Shown: in pieces, positions 17,248 to 27,343 of the stretch
Numbering within the stretch: position 1 is the first letter of the stretch
Layout: every line of letters begins with the position of its first letter
Assembly: GCA_964619835.1 (NCBI GenBank)
Contig: CAZUFP010000002.1
Coordinates: 48,716 to 112,715 of the forward strand
Direction of reading: 5' to 3'
DNA length: 64,000 nt
DNA from: an uncultured Gemmatimonadaceae bacterium
Lineage (GTDB): Bacteria; Gemmatimonadota; Gemmatimonadetes; Longimicrobiales; RSA9
The notes under the pieces: generated by a model
Databases searched by the model: none
The model's input: only the letters and a program-made list of their open reading frames with translations
Told to the model about the DNA's origin: nothing
Translations under genes and position numbers: made by a program

Positions 17248-18224
17248 AGCTCCGGGAAAGCTGGGGGCCGGCCCTGGGCGTGTTGCTCATCCTGGCGACC
17301 ACGACGGGCAGCGACACCGCGCCGCGCCCGAACCACGCCGATTCGGTAGGCCCGGCGGCCACGACGCCGGCGCCGGCCGACTCCCTTCGCACGCACCTCG
17401 TTCTGCTGGGAACGGGCACGCCCAACGCGGATCCGGACCGCTGGGGCCCCGCCTCGGCCGTCGTCGTCGACAGCACGGCCTACCTCGTGGACTGCGGTGT
17501 CGGCGTGGTACGCAGGGCCGCGGCAGCCGAACGGGATGACCACATCCCCGCACTGGCCGCCCACCGCCTCGACCGCGTCTTCATCACGCACCTGCACTCG
17601 GACCACACACTGGGCTGTGCCGACCTGCTGCTGTCCCCATGGGTCCTGGAGCGCCATCGGCCCCTCCAGGTCTGGGGCCCACCCGGCACCGCGCGCATGT
17701 TCCGCCTCATCGAGCAGGCTTACAGCGAAGACATCGCCGTGCGCGTGAACGGCCTCGAGCCCATCGACAGCCTGGGCTGGCGCGCGGAGGTGCACGAGAT
17801 CCTGCCGGGTGTGGTGTATCGGGACAGCCTGGTGACCGTCACGGCCATCGCCGTACAGCACGGATCCTGGAAACACGCCTACGGCTACCGGTTCGACACG
17901 CCCGATCGCAGCATCGTCATCTCCGGCGACACTCGCCCCACGGACACCGTCGTGCGGGCCTGCGACGGCTGCGACATCCTGCTGCACGAAGTCTATTCCG
18001 CGGAGATGTTCAAGCGCCGCAGCCCCGCCTGGCAACGTTACCATGCGGCGTCCCACACCTCCACTACGGAGCTGGCCTCCATCGCGAACCGGGCCCACCC
18101 CGGCCTGCTGGTGCTCTACCACCAGCTGTTCTGGGGCGCCACGCCCGACCAGCTGATCGCGGAGATCCGGAGTGCAGGCTACGAAGGACGCGTCGTGTCC
18201 GGGAAGGATCTGGACGTGTTCTAG
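17244..18224 (+). CDS. MBL-fold metallo-hydrolase (secreted, RNase Z/arylsulfatase-like subgroup)
   Basis: ITHLHSDH metal-binding motif, N-terminal signal-like segment, ATGA overlap with the thioesterase stop. Confidence 0.85.
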   Translation: MKLRESWGPALGVLLILATTTGSDTAPRPNHADSVGPAATTPAPADSLRTHLVLLGTGTPNADPDRWGPASAVVVDSTAYLVDCGVGVVRRAAAAERDDHIPALAAHRLDRVFITHLHSDHTLGCADLLLSPWVLERHRPLQVWGPPGTARMFRLIEQAYSEDIAVRVNGLEPIDSLGWRAEVHEILPGVVYRDSLVTVTAIAVQHGSWKHAYGYRFDTPDRSIVISGDTRPTDTVVRACDGCDILLHEVYSAEMFKRRSPAWQRYHAASHTSTTELASIANRAHPGLLVLYHQLFWGATPDQLIAEIRSAGYEGRVVSGKDLDVF

Positions 18225-18242
18225 AACGAGCAAGAACTCGAG

Positions 18243-19559
18243 TCAGCCCCCTTCCACCACCATGGCAAACCCCAGGCCGCCTGCGGCGCACACGCTGATC
18301 AGGCCAAGTCCGGCGCCCCGGCGCTTCATCTCATTCACCAGCGTGGTGGTGAGACGGCCGCCGGTGCCGCCGAAGGGGTGGCCGATGGCGATGCTGCCGC
18401 CCATGACGTTGATGTGGTCCTCGGGCGGGATGCTCACCTTCGCGGACCGGCCGAGCCGGTCCCGGGCGAACGTGTCGGAATCCAGCGCCTGGAGGTTGGA
18501 CAGGACCTGGGATGCGAACGCTTCGTGCATCTCCCAGATCTCGATGTCCTGCATGGTGACGCCGGCGCGGTCCAGGGCCTTGGGGATGGCGAAAGCGGGG
18601 CCCTGGAGCAACTGGTCCGCGGGATCCAGGGCGGCGTAGGCCCAGGACCGGATGTAGGCACGCGGCTCGTAGCCCAGAGCCCGGGCCGCTTCTTCGCTCA
18701 TGAGCAGGACGGCGGAGGCGCCGTCGGTGAGGGGTGAGGAATTGCCGGCGGTGACGCTGCCGTACCTGCGATCGAAGACGGGCTTCAGGGCCGCGAGCTT
18801 CTCCAGGTTGGTGTCCGTGCGGATGCCGTTGTCCCGGTCCACCACCTCTTCGTAGCGGGGCGGCACGTACGTGGGGACGATCTCCGCCGTGAGCCGGCCG
18901 TCGGTCGTGCCCCGGGCCGCGAGCTCGTGGGACCGGAGCGCCCAACGGTCCTGCTCCGCACGCGGGATCTCGTTCTCCTTGGCCATGCGCTCCGCCGCCT
19001 GGCCCATGCTCTCGCCCGTGGAGTACTCGGCGATGGCCGGCGTGGTGGGCACGAGCTCCTTGGGCCGGAACCCGGCAAACGCCTTCACGCGCTGGCCCAG
19101 GCTCCTGGCCTTGGAAGCTTGAACCAGACGATCGGCCAGGCGCTTCGAAACCAGGATGGGGATGTCGGACAGGGACTCCGCGCCGCCCGCCACAACGACA
19201 TCGCCGTTGCCCAACGCGATCTTCTCGGCTCCCGACGTGATGGCCTGATTGGCGGAGGAGCAGGCGCGGCTCACGGTGAAGGCCGGGATGGTAGGCGGCA
19301 GGCCCGCCTGCAGCGCGACTTCCCGGCCGATGTTGGGCGCCTGCACGTTGTGCACGACAGTCCCGTAAATGACTTCGTCCACGTCACGGCCGTCGAGACC
19401 GGCCCGATTGACAAGCTCCCGCACCGCGATGGTGCCGAGGTCGATGGCGGACAGGTCCTTGAAGACGGTCCCGGACCGGACGAACGGCGTGCGGCAGCCA
19501 TCGACGATGGCGACGCGGCGTCCCATGCGAGTCAGCTGCGGCGACTGCTCTTGGTTCAT
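18243..19559 (-). CDS. Acetyl-CoA C-acyltransferase (thiolase, FadI/FadA-like)
   Basis: Active-site region VSRACSSANQAI and C-terminal motifs GGSIAIGHPFGGTGGRL and SVCAAGGLGFAMVVE. ATG at 19559 (MNQEQSPQLTRMGRRVAIVDGCRTPF). Confidence 0.9.
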   Translation of the reverse strand: MNQEQSPQLTRMGRRVAIVDGCRTPFVRSGTVFKDLSAIDLGTIAVRELVNRAGLDGRDVDEVIYGTVVHNVQAPNIGREVALQAGLPPTIPAFTVSRACSSANQAITSGAEKIALGNGDVVVAGGAESLSDIPILVSKRLADRLVQASKARSLGQRVKAFAGFRPKELVPTTPAIAEYSTGESMGQAAERMAKENEIPRAEQDRWALRSHELAARGTTDGRLTAEIVPTYVPPRYEEVVDRDNGIRTDTNLEKLAALKPVFDRRYGSVTAGNSSPLTDGASAVLLMSEEAARALGYEPRAYIRSWAYAALDPADQLLQGPAFAIPKALDRAGVTMQDIEIWEMHEAFASQVLSNLQALDSDTFARDRLGRSAKVSIPPEDHINVMGGSIAIGHPFGGTGGRLTTTLVNEMKRRGAGLGLISVCAAGGLGFAMVVEGG

Positions 19560-19747
19560 GGCCACCTCCGCGGGGCTCGGTGGGGCGGGGGCATCGGCTC
19601 CCGGGCATGATCGCAACCACCCTGGACGGGGGCAAGGGACGGGCCAGCGCGGTGGATCGTCACTCATCCTATATTCGTCGGGCGAGAGCTGTGTCGATGC
19701 GCCGCCGCGCGCGGCGGCGCGGCAGGCCACCGTGGGAGAGGGGTGCC

Positions 19748-21064
19748 ATGATCCAGATTCGCACCGCGAAGCGCGACGACATCTCCGCGATCGCGGAGCT
19801 GTGGTGCCACGCGTTCCCGGGCCACCGATCCTTCGGGGAACGGGTCCAGCTTCTGGAACAGGGTGGCCGGCACGGGGGCCTGGAAACCGTGGCCGTGGCC
19901 GACGACGATGGGGCGGTCGGCGCCTACAAGCTGCTGCGCCTCACCCAGTACATCACCGGAGTGCCGCTGCCGACGGCGGGTCTCGCCGCAGTGGCCGTCG
20001 CGCCCTCATACCGCCGCCTGGGCCTGGGCCGGCGCCTGTGTGGCCATGCGTTACGCGCCGCGAAAGGACGAGGCGATGTGCTGAGCTCGCTCTATCCGTT
20101 CCGGCCATCGTTCTATCGCGCCCTGGGCTGGGGTCTCGTGACCCACCTGCAGCGGCACCGGTTCCGTACCACCGCCCTTCCGGAGGCCCCCCGGCAGCGG
20201 AGCCACGTCCGGCTCGCCGGACCCGACGACCTCGCCCGCGTCGCCGCCTGCTACGCCCGTGTCGCGGAGCGATCCAACGGACCTTTGCGCCGCGACGAGG
20301 CTCTCTGGCACAACCGGCTCCGGGACGGGACGGCCATCGAGCCGGGCCGGGCTCGGGACGCCCGGGACCCGGCCGCGTGGCGCGCACGGCGCGGTGGCCT
20401 GCACGTCTTCGTCCACGACGACGATGGCGTGGCCGGCTACCTGCTCGCCCGCTACCGCGAAGGTCCTCCGGAGCTGCGGGCGTTGCACGTCGTCGAGCTC
20501 ATCGCGGAACGAGGCGAAGTGTACGCCGAATTGTTGGGGTGGGTGGCCAGCCAGCGGGACCAGTGGCCCGTCACGGTCTACGATGCGCGGCCGGTGGAAA
20601 GGCTGGAGCATCGCCTGGCGCAGCCCCGCTCGCCCGGCGAACGGAACCGCCGCCGGCTGTGGTTTCCCACGGCTTGCACGCTCCACGGCCCCATGCTGCG
20701 CATCGTGGACATCGAAGGGGCGTTCGCCGGCCGCCGCTGGTGGGGCGCCGGTCCCGGCGCTCCCGGCGACGGCCCGCAACGGGGTGCGGTGCGCATCGAG
20801 GTCGACGACCCGGAGCTGCCCGAGAATCGGGGGCCGTGGGAGATCGAGCTGGCGGGCCAGGAGATGGAGATGCGTCCATCCGCGAACGGACGCGTGGATG
20901 CGTCGATGACGCTGGACGCCGCTACGCTGGCGCGCCTCTACGCGGGGGAGCTGACGGCGAGCGAAGCCCGCGCCCTGGGCGGCGCACGCATTGACGGCGA
21001 CGTCGGCCTGCTGGACCGGATGTTCGCCACCTTCGAGAGGCCCTGGCTACTGGACGAGTTCTGA
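19748..21064 (+). CDS. Eis-like GNAT acetyltransferase with a C-terminal SCP2-like domain
   Basis: N-terminal GNAT region (VAPSYRRLGLGRRL), a second GNAT-like region, and a C-terminal tail ending ...FERPWLLDEF as in the Eis family. About 438 aa from the ATG at 19748. Confidence 0.8.
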   Translation: MIQIRTAKRDDISAIAELWCHAFPGHRSFGERVQLLEQGGRHGGLETVAVADDDGAVGAYKLLRLTQYITGVPLPTAGLAAVAVAPSYRRLGLGRRLCGHALRAAKGRGDVLSSLYPFRPSFYRALGWGLVTHLQRHRFRTTALPEAPRQRSHVRLAGPDDLARVAACYARVAERSNGPLRRDEALWHNRLRDGTAIEPGRARDARDPAAWRARRGGLHVFVHDDDGVAGYLLARYREGPPELRALHVVELIAERGEVYAELLGWVASQRDQWPVTVYDARPVERLEHRLAQPRSPGERNRRRLWFPTACTLHGPMLRIVDIEGAFAGRRWWGAGPGAPGDGPQRGAVRIEVDDPELPENRGPWEIELAGQEMEMRPSANGRVDASMTLDAATLARLYAGELTASEARALGGARIDGDVGLLDRMFATFERPWLLDEF

Positions 21065-21181
21065 CAAGGCGGGGCCTGCGGGAGCCGTCAGGTCCGAACG
21101 GGCGGGGAGCCGTGAAACCCGAGTCGGCGGGCAGATCAGGCCTGAGGCAGCGCGTGCCGCGAAGAACGACGCGCTCTCCGG

Positions 21182-21631
21182 TCAGGATCGCGCCTTGACC
21201 GCCTCCTCCAGGGCATTCCAGCCGAGCAGCGCGCACTTCACCCGGGCCGGGAAGCGGCTGACGCCGGCCAGGGCACGGGCGTCCCGGAGACCCTTGTCGC
21301 GGGCGGCGTCCTCGTCGCCGTGCATCATCTCCTTGAAGCGCGCATCCAGAGCCAGGGCCTCGTCGACGGTCTTGCCCCTGAGCAGATCCGTCATCATGGA
21401 GATGGACGCCTGGGAGATGGAGCAGCCCGTGCCCACGAAACGCACGTCCGTGATGACGTCGCCGTCGAGCTGCAGGTAGAGGTGCACTTCGTCGCCGCAG
21501 ACCGGGTTGTTCATGTGCACGTCAGCGGTGGCGTGCTCGAGGGAGCCCTTGTTCCTGGGCCGCTTGTAGTGCTCCAGGATCAACTCCTGGAAGAGCCCGC
21601 CCAGGTCCGGTGTCGTACGGTCTATCGTCAT
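21182..21631 (-). CDS. sufU: SUF-system Fe-S cluster assembly scaffold/sulfur acceptor SufU (NifU/IscU-like)
   Basis: NPVCGDEVHL, GTGCSISQAS and ARVKCALL cysteine motifs. ATG at 21631. Confidence 0.9.
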   Translation of the reverse strand: MTIDRTTPDLGGLFQELILEHYKRPRNKGSLEHATADVHMNNPVCGDEVHLYLQLDGDVITDVRFVGTGCSISQASISMMTDLLRGKTVDEALALDARFKEMMHGDEDAARDKGLRDARALAGVSRFPARVKCALLGWNALEEAVKARS

Positions 21632-21657
21632 GTGGCCACGGGATTCGAGGTCCGGGT

Positions 21658-22923
21658 TCAAGCGAAGATCCTGCGGGCGATCTCGAGGGCATCCGCAAGG
21701 CGGTCGATCTCGTCGACCGTATTGTACAGGTAACAGGACGCCCGTGTCGTCGCCGGCACACCCAGCCGGCGCATGAGTGGCTGCGTACAGTGGTGGCCCG
21801 CGCGCACGGCGACGCCTTCCGCGTCCAGGATCGTCGCCACATCGTGCGGATGCACGCCCTCCAGCTCCAGGGAGAACACCGCCGTGCGGTCCCGGGGATC
21901 CCGCGGACCGAACAGCCGAATGCCCGGTGCGCCCGTCAACCGCTCGAGACCATACTCGGTCAGCGCGTGTTCGTGGGCCTGGATGGCGTCCCGGCCGACA
22001 CCGTCGAGGAACTGCACGGCAGCGGCCATGCCCACCGCACCGGCCACGTTGGGCGTGCCCGCCTCGAACTTGTGAGGCACCTCGGCCCAGGTGGCGTGGT
22101 CCAGGTCCACCGTGTTGATCATCTCGCCGCCCCCCTGATAGGGCGGCATCTCCTCCAGCAGCTCGCGACGCGCCCAGAGCGCGCCGATGCCCATGGGCCC
22201 GCACATCTTGTGGCCCGAAAGGGCGTAGAAATCGCAGCCCAGAGCCTGCACGTCCACGGGCAGGTGCGGCGCGCCCTGCGCGCCGTCCACCAGCACCCGC
22301 GCGCCTGCGGCGTGAGCGCGCTCGACAATCTCCGCGACGGGATTGATGGTGCCCAGCGCGTTGGACACGTGGCCCACCGCCACGAGGCGCGTCCGCTCGT
22401 TGAGCAGTCCGTCCAGCTGGTCGAGGCGAAGGCGGCCTTCGTCATCGATGTCCACGTAGCGCAGCTCTGCGCCCACGCGACGCGCCAGCAGCTGCCACGG
22501 GATGATGTTGGAGTGGTGCTCCAACATGGTCAGGACGATCTCGTCCCCCGCGCCCACGTGGTCCGGGCCCCACGTGCTCGCCACCAGGTTGATGGCCTCC
22601 GTGGTGCCGCGCACCCACACCAACTCTTCCGCCTCGGGGGCGTTCAACGACGCGGCCACCACCCGGCGCGCGTCCTCGTACGCTTCCGTGGCCCGTCGCG
22701 ACAGCTCGTAGATGCCACGGTGCACGTTCGCGTTGTCTCGCCGGTAGAACCCCGACACCGCTTCGATGACCGGCGTCGGCCGCTGCGCCGTGGCCGCGCT
22801 GTCCAGGTACACCATGCGGTGGCCGTTCACGTTCTGGTCCAGGATCGGGAACTGCCTTCGCAACGCATCCGTGTCCAGCGCACCCAACCGGGACGCGCTC
22901 GGAGAAGTGATGACTTCGCTCAT
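21658..22923 (-). CDS. sufS: Cysteine desulfurase SufS (class V aminotransferase, group II)
   Basis: PLP-lysine motif SGHKMCGPMG and catalytic-cysteine motif RAGHHCTQP. Located in the suf cluster. Confidence 0.95.
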   Translation of the reverse strand: MSEVITSPSASRLGALDTDALRRQFPILDQNVNGHRMVYLDSAATAQRPTPVIEAVSGFYRRDNANVHRGIYELSRRATEAYEDARRVVAASLNAPEAEELVWVRGTTEAINLVASTWGPDHVGAGDEIVLTMLEHHSNIIPWQLLARRVGAELRYVDIDDEGRLRLDQLDGLLNERTRLVAVGHVSNALGTINPVAEIVERAHAAGARVLVDGAQGAPHLPVDVQALGCDFYALSGHKMCGPMGIGALWARRELLEEMPPYQGGGEMINTVDLDHATWAEVPHKFEAGTPNVAGAVGMAAAVQFLDGVGRDAIQAHEHALTEYGLERLTGAPGIRLFGPRDPRDRTAVFSLELEGVHPHDVATILDAEGVAVRAGHHCTQPLMRRLGVPATTRASCYLYNTVDEIDRLADALEIARRIFA

Positions 22924-22954
22924 GATCCCACGGTCTCCACGTCGTGTCGGCGCG

Positions 22955-23269
22955 TCAAGAGACGTCGACGAATACCTCGTCCCCTTCCAGCTTGACGGGA
23001 TACGTCTTCACAGGCCGGATCGCCGGCAACGCGAGCGCGCGGCCCGTTGCGAGATCGAAGCGAGCTCCGTGCCAGGCGCACTCGATCTGGCCATCCTCGA
23101 TCTCGCCCTCGGAAAGAGGAAAATCCTCATGCGAACAGTTGTTGCGAAGGGCGTAGAGCGCCCCGTCTTCCGTGACTGCCAGGCAGATCCCCACGCCTCC
23201 GGCTTCGGCCTCGAACGGCTTCCCCGGCTCGAGATCCGAAACCGCCGCCACACGAACCCAGTTCGGCAT
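22955..23269 (-). CDS. Rieske [2Fe-2S] ferredoxin-like protein (non-heme iron oxygenase ferredoxin subunit type)
   Basis: CSHEDFPL ... CAWHGARF (CxH ... CxxH). 104 aa. Confidence 0.9.
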   Translation of the reverse strand: MPNWVRVAAVSDLEPGKPFEAEAGGVGICLAVTEDGALYALRNNCSHEDFPLSEGEIEDGQIECAWHGARFDLATGRALALPAIRPVKTYPVKLEGDEVFVDVS

Positions 23270-23341
23270 CGATCGATTTCGTCGTCGTTTGCGTCTTCGT
23301 GGTCGTCTTCGTCTTCGTTCCGCCGTTCGTCACTCGCACCG

Positions 23342-23380
23342 AAAAACGGCCGGGCTACCACGCGTGCGCGGCGCCCGGCC
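23342..23380 (-). terminator. Candidate intrinsic terminator/attenuator between sufD and the Rieske gene
   Basis: 8-bp GC stem (GGCCGGGC 23348-23355 / GCCCGGCC 23373-23380) with a 17-nt loop, followed on the minus strand by GTTTTTC (23341-23347). The U tract is short. Confidence 0.35.
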
Positions 23381-23496
23381 TGAACATACCGGCGGCTGCC
23401 GGCCCACCACCACCCCGCCCGACGGCAGGCGCGGACGCCGCCCCGATCAGCCACGCCCGAGGTGCGCGGCAAGCGGAGTCGCCCCCGCCCGCGCCC

Positions 23497-24882
23497 TCAC
23501 TGGATCCTGCGCTCGATCTCCGCGCGCAGCTCCTCCACGACGCCCGGAAGCGGCAACCGGTCCAGCACGTCGTTGAAAAAGCCGAAGATGACCAGGCGCT
23601 CCGCATCGCGGTGCGACATGCCGCGGCTCATCAGGTAGAACAGCTCTTCCTCGTCGAGCTGTCCGACCGTCGCGCCATGGGAGCACTTCACGTCGTCCGC
23701 TTCGATCTCCAGGTTCGGCTGCGAATCGGCGCCGGCCTCCGTGGAGAGCAGCAGGTTGCGGTTGGTCTGGTAGGCGTCCGTGCGCTGGGCCCCCGGGAAG
23801 ACCTTGATGATGCCCCGGAACACGGAATGGGCACGGTCGTACAGCGCGCCCTTGTACAGCAGGTCGCTGGTGGCGTGGTCCGCCACGTGGTCCTGCCGCG
23901 TGTTGTGGTCGAAGTGCTGGTCCCCCTGGCCGAAGCACAGGCCCAGCATGTCGCTGCGCGAGCCGGGACCTTCCAGGCGGGCCGCCAGATCCGCGCGCGC
24001 CACGCTGGCACCCAGGTTCACCACCAGCGAGTCCAGGTTGGACCCCCGTTCGGCGAACGTGCGCTGCACCGACAGGTGGCGCACACCACGGCCCAGGAGC
24101 TGTAGCGAAACGTACTGCACGTCCGCGTCGTCCTGGGCGAACACCTCCACGCCGCCGATGCACACCGCCGGCTCGTCGAAGTCCGGCGACGCGTACTCGT
24201 CGACGTACGCCAGGTGGCTGCCTTCGTCCGCGATGACCAGCGCGCGGGGAAACACCGCGATCCCCGGCTTGCTGATCCAGCGGGCCACGCGGATCGGCTT
24301 CTCGATGCGCACGCCCCGGGGCACGTAGACGAACACGCCACCCGTCCACAGCGCCGCGTTCAGCGCCGCGAACTTGCCGGCCTCGGGCGGCAACGCCTTC
24401 GTCGCCAGGTGCTCCCGCACCAGTTCCGGGTGCTCCCGCGCCGCCGTCGCCAGGTCCGTGAGGATGACGCCGCGCTCCCGCAGTTCGTCGTCCAGCCACA
24501 CGTCCACCACCGACGCGTCCACTTGCAGCACCGTGCCCGCCGCTTCCTTGCCTTCGAAGAGAGCGCGCGCTTCCGCCGGGACCGTCTCCGCAGGTTCCGC
24601 GGGACGCACACGGTCCAGCGCCAGCTTCGACACGTCCGTGTAGCGCCACTCCTCCAGCTTGCGCGTGGGCAGCGGCGTCTGCTCGTAGACCTTCCAGGCG
24701 TTTTCCCGCAACGACCGGAGCCACGCCTCGTCCTGCGCCGCGGCACGCTCCAACGCGGCGACGTTGATGTGTTCCGTCACACCTTCAGGCACCGCGACAG
24801 CCGCGCTGCCGTTGGACGATCCGGGCGTCTTCTTCTTCGCCTTCGACAGGTCGATTCTGGGTGCGCCACTCACGTCAGCCAA
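23497..24882 (-). CDS. sufD: Fe-S cluster assembly protein SufD
   Basis: SufBD-family beta-helix sequence (…QNTRNLLLS-like [49 protein letters not shown]). Its start overlaps the sufB stop by 8 nt. Confidence 0.9.
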   Translation of the reverse strand: MADVSGAPRIDLSKAKKKTPGSSNGSAAVAVPEGVTEHINVAALERAAAQDEAWLRSLRENAWKVYEQTPLPTRKLEEWRYTDVSKLALDRVRPAEPAETVPAEARALFEGKEAAGTVLQVDASVVDVWLDDELRERGVILTDLATAAREHPELVREHLATKALPPEAGKFAALNAALWTGGVFVYVPRGVRIEKPIRVARWISKPGIAVFPRALVIADEGSHLAYVDEYASPDFDEPAVCIGGVEVFAQDDADVQYVSLQLLGRGVRHLSVQRTFAERGSNLDSLVVNLGASVARADLAARLEGPGSRSDMLGLCFGQGDQHFDHNTRQDHVADHATSDLLYKGALYDRAHSVFRGIIKVFPGAQRTDAYQTNRNLLLSTEAGADSQPNLEIEADDVKCSHGATVGQLDEEELFYLMSRGMSHRDAERLVIFGFFNDVLDRLPLPGVVEELRAEIERRIQ

Positions 24883-26290
24883 CGCTCCCCTCCATTTCGA
24901 GCTCGATCAGCCGGTTCAGCTCCACCGCGTACTCCAGCGGCAGCTCCTTGGAGATCGGCTCGATGAAGCCGCGCACGATCATGGCGCTGGCCTCGTCCGC
25001 CGACATGCCCCGGCTCATGAGATAGAACAGCTGCTCTTCACCGATCTTCGACACGCTCGCTTCGTGGCCCACGCTGGCCGTGTTGTCGTCGATCTCGATG
25101 TACGGGAACGTGTCCGTGCGCGACGTGTCGTTCAGAAGCAGTGCGTCGCATTCCACGTTCGACTTCGCACGGGTCGCCCCGTCATACACCTTCGCCAGGC
25201 CCCGGTAGCTGGACCGGCCGGTGCCCTTCGAGATCGACTTGGAGATGATCTGCGACGTCGTGTGCGGCGCCGCGTGCACCACCTTGCCGCCCGTGTCCTG
25301 ATGCTGGCCGTTGCCCGCGTAAGCGATGGACAGGATCGACCCGTGCGCACCCTCGCCCACCAGGTAGCACGACGGGTACTTCATCGTCACCTTCGAGCCC
25401 AGGTTGCCGTCGACCCACTCCATGGTGGCGTGCTTGTGCACCATCGCACGCTGCGTCACCAGGTTGTACATGTTGTTCGACCAGTTCTGGATCGTTACAT
25501 ACCGGAACCGGGCATTGTCCTTCACGATGATCTCGATCACCCCCGAGTGGAACGAGTCCGTGGAGTAGACCGGCGCCGTGCAGCCCTCGATGTACTGGGC
25601 GTCCGCCCCCTCCTCCACGATGATCAGCGTCCGCTCGAACTGGCCCATCTGCTCCTGGTTCACCCGGAAGTAGGCCTGCAGCGGCGTGTCGATCTTTACA
25701 CCCTTCGGGATGTAGACGAACGAGCCGCCCGACCAGACCGCCGAGTTCAGGGCCGCGAACGTGTTGTCCGCCGGCGGAATCACCGTGGAGAAGTGCTCGC
25801 GGAAGATGTCCGGGTACAGCCGCAGGCCGTCCTCGATGGACTCGAAGATGATGCCCTTGTCCTCCCACTCCTTCTTCAGCGAGTGGTAGACCATCTCCGA
25901 CTCGTACTGCGCTCCCACGCCTGCCAGTACTTTCTGCTCCGCCTCCGGGATGCCCAGCCGCTGGAACGTCTGCTTGATGTTCTCCGGCACATCGTCCCAC
26001 GAGCGCTCGAGCTTCTCCTGCGGCCGGATATAGAAGTAGATCTGGTCCATGGTCTCCTCGAGACCACTCAGATCCGCGCCCCACGTCGGCCAGGGCTTCT
26101 GGTTGTAGATCTCCAGCGCCTTAAGCCGGAAATTCAGCATCCACTCCGGCTCACCCTTGTTCGCGGAGATCTGCCGGACCACGTCCTCGCTCAGGCCCCG
26201 CTGCGCCTGGAAGAAAGGCTTCTCTTCATCGATGAAGTGGTATTTGTACTCGTCCAACCCGAGGTTGGATGCGGTTTCATCATACGGCAT
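24875..26290 (-). CDS. sufB: Fe-S cluster assembly protein SufB
   Basis: Highly conserved SufB sequence along the full length (e.g. [43 protein letters not shown]). Confidence 0.95.
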   Translation of the reverse strand: MPYDETASNLGLDEYKYHFIDEEKPFFQAQRGLSEDVVRQISANKGEPEWMLNFRLKALEIYNQKPWPTWGADLSGLEETMDQIYFYIRPQEKLERSWDDVPENIKQTFQRLGIPEAEQKVLAGVGAQYESEMVYHSLKKEWEDKGIIFESIEDGLRLYPDIFREHFSTVIPPADNTFAALNSAVWSGGSFVYIPKGVKIDTPLQAYFRVNQEQMGQFERTLIIVEEGADAQYIEGCTAPVYSTDSFHSGVIEIIVKDNARFRYVTIQNWSNNMYNLVTQRAMVHKHATMEWVDGNLGSKVTMKYPSCYLVGEGAHGSILSIAYAGNGQHQDTGGKVVHAAPHTTSQIISKSISKGTGRSSYRGLAKVYDGATRAKSNVECDALLLNDTSRTDTFPYIEIDDNTASVGHEASVSKIGEEQLFYLMSRGMSADEASAMIVRGFIEPISKELPLEYAVELNRLIELEMEGSVG

Positions 26291-26392
26291 GCAGCGCCCT
26301 CCGAGATTCGGGGCTCAGGTGGTCTCCGATCCTTGCGGTGGGCCGGCACGGGAACCGGTGCGCCGGCGTGGTTCCACGACGGGGAGCAGGGG

Positions 26393-26436
26393 CGGGGGAA
26401 CAGAGGCTGCGACTTTCCCTCACCTCTGTTCCCCCG
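26393..26436 (-). other. Intercistronic stem-loop between sufC and sufB
   Basis: 14-bp stem (26393-26406 pairs with 26423-26436; core GGGGAACAGAGG / CCTCTGTTCCCC) with a 16-nt loop, inside a 179-nt sufC-sufB spacer. No U tract follows. Confidence 0.5.
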
Positions 26437-26469
26437 GGCCCCGTTGAAGTCGGGGAGAACTCCGCAGCG

Positions 26470-27255
26470 CTACGCGGTCGGCGCCGGCTCAGGCTCGCCA
26501 CGCCACTCCTCATAGCCCTGCTCCTCCAGACGCAATGCAACCTCCGGGCCGCCAGATTCCACGATGCGCCCCTCCACCATCACATGCACCACGTCCGGCT
26601 TGATGTAGTTCAACAGCCGCTGGTAATGCGTGATGAGCAACACCGTCATCTCCGGGTGCTCCTCATGGACCTTGTTCACGCCGTTCGACACCACCTTCAA
26701 CGCATCGATGTCCAGGCCGGAATCGGTCTCGTCCATCACCGCCAACGACGGCTCCAGCATCGCCAGCTGCAGAATCTCGTTCCGCTTCTTCTCCCCACCA
26801 CTGAAGCCCGCATTCACGCTCCGCGACGCAAACGCAGGATCCATATCCAGCAAACGCATCCGGTCCGTCAGCTGCTCCTGGAAATCGAACACGTCCACTT
26901 CCTCGCCCGTCTTCCCCTGCAACGCCGTCCGCAGGAAGTTGGCGATGGACACCCCCGGAATCTCCACCGGGTACTGGAACGCCAGGAATACCCCGGCCCG
27001 CGCCCGCTCGTCCACCTCCAACGACAGCAGGTCCTGGCCCCGATATTCCACGGCGCCCCCCGTCACCTCGTACCCGGGGTGCCCCGCCAATACCTTCGCC
27101 AGCGTGCTCTTGCCCGACCCGTTCGGGCCCATGATCGCGTGAACCTCCCCTTCCGGAACTTCCAGGGTGAGGCCCTTCAATATCTCTCGACCTTCCCCCT
27201 CATCCTGCACGACGCGCGCGCGCAGGCCCTTGATCTTCAGCATCGGATCGCTCAT
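26470..27255 (-). CDS. sufC: Fe-S cluster assembly ATPase SufC
   Basis: Walker A GPNGSGKST, ABC signature FSGGEKKR, Walker B LAVMDETDSGLD. Confidence 0.95.
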   Translation of the reverse strand: MSDPMLKIKGLRARVVQDEGEGREILKGLTLEVPEGEVHAIMGPNGSGKSTLAKVLAGHPGYEVTGGAVEYRGQDLLSLEVDERARAGVFLAFQYPVEIPGVSIANFLRTALQGKTGEEVDVFDFQEQLTDRMRLLDMDPAFASRSVNAGFSGGEKKRNEILQLAMLEPSLAVMDETDSGLDIDALKVVSNGVNKVHEEHPEMTVLLITHYQRLLNYIKPDVVHVMVEGRIVESGGPEVALRLEEQGYEEWRGEPEPAPTA

Positions 27256-27314
27256 CCGCTATGCCTCTCTCGTTCGCCGTCGGTTCTTTCAGGGCTACCC
27301 CCGCGGCTCCGCGG

Positions 27315-27343
27315 AGTAAAACAAGAATGATTCTCCGTTTCAA
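27315..27343 (-). promoter_or_regulatory. Candidate sigma70-type promoter of the suf cluster, with an 11-bp palindromic operator in the spacer
   Basis: On the minus strand: TTGAAA (27343-27338), a 17-nt spacer, then TTTACT (27320-27315), about 60 nt upstream of the sufC ATG. The spacer contains the palindrome AGAATnATTCT (27324-27334). This is the most AT-rich patch in the region. Confidence 0.4.

Noticed and set aside
23008-23472. 154-aa ORF with an acidic DERRNEDEDDHEDANDDE stretch upstream of the Rieske gene
   Set aside because: It runs out of frame into the Rieske coding region. It contains a terminator-like hairpin. Its acidic run simply reflects the GAAGAC-type nucleotide repeat. I treat it as a non-coding leader.
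24764-26515. 583-aa ORF antisense to sufB
   Set aside because: SufB is among the most conserved proteins in the window. The antisense frame shows no motif.
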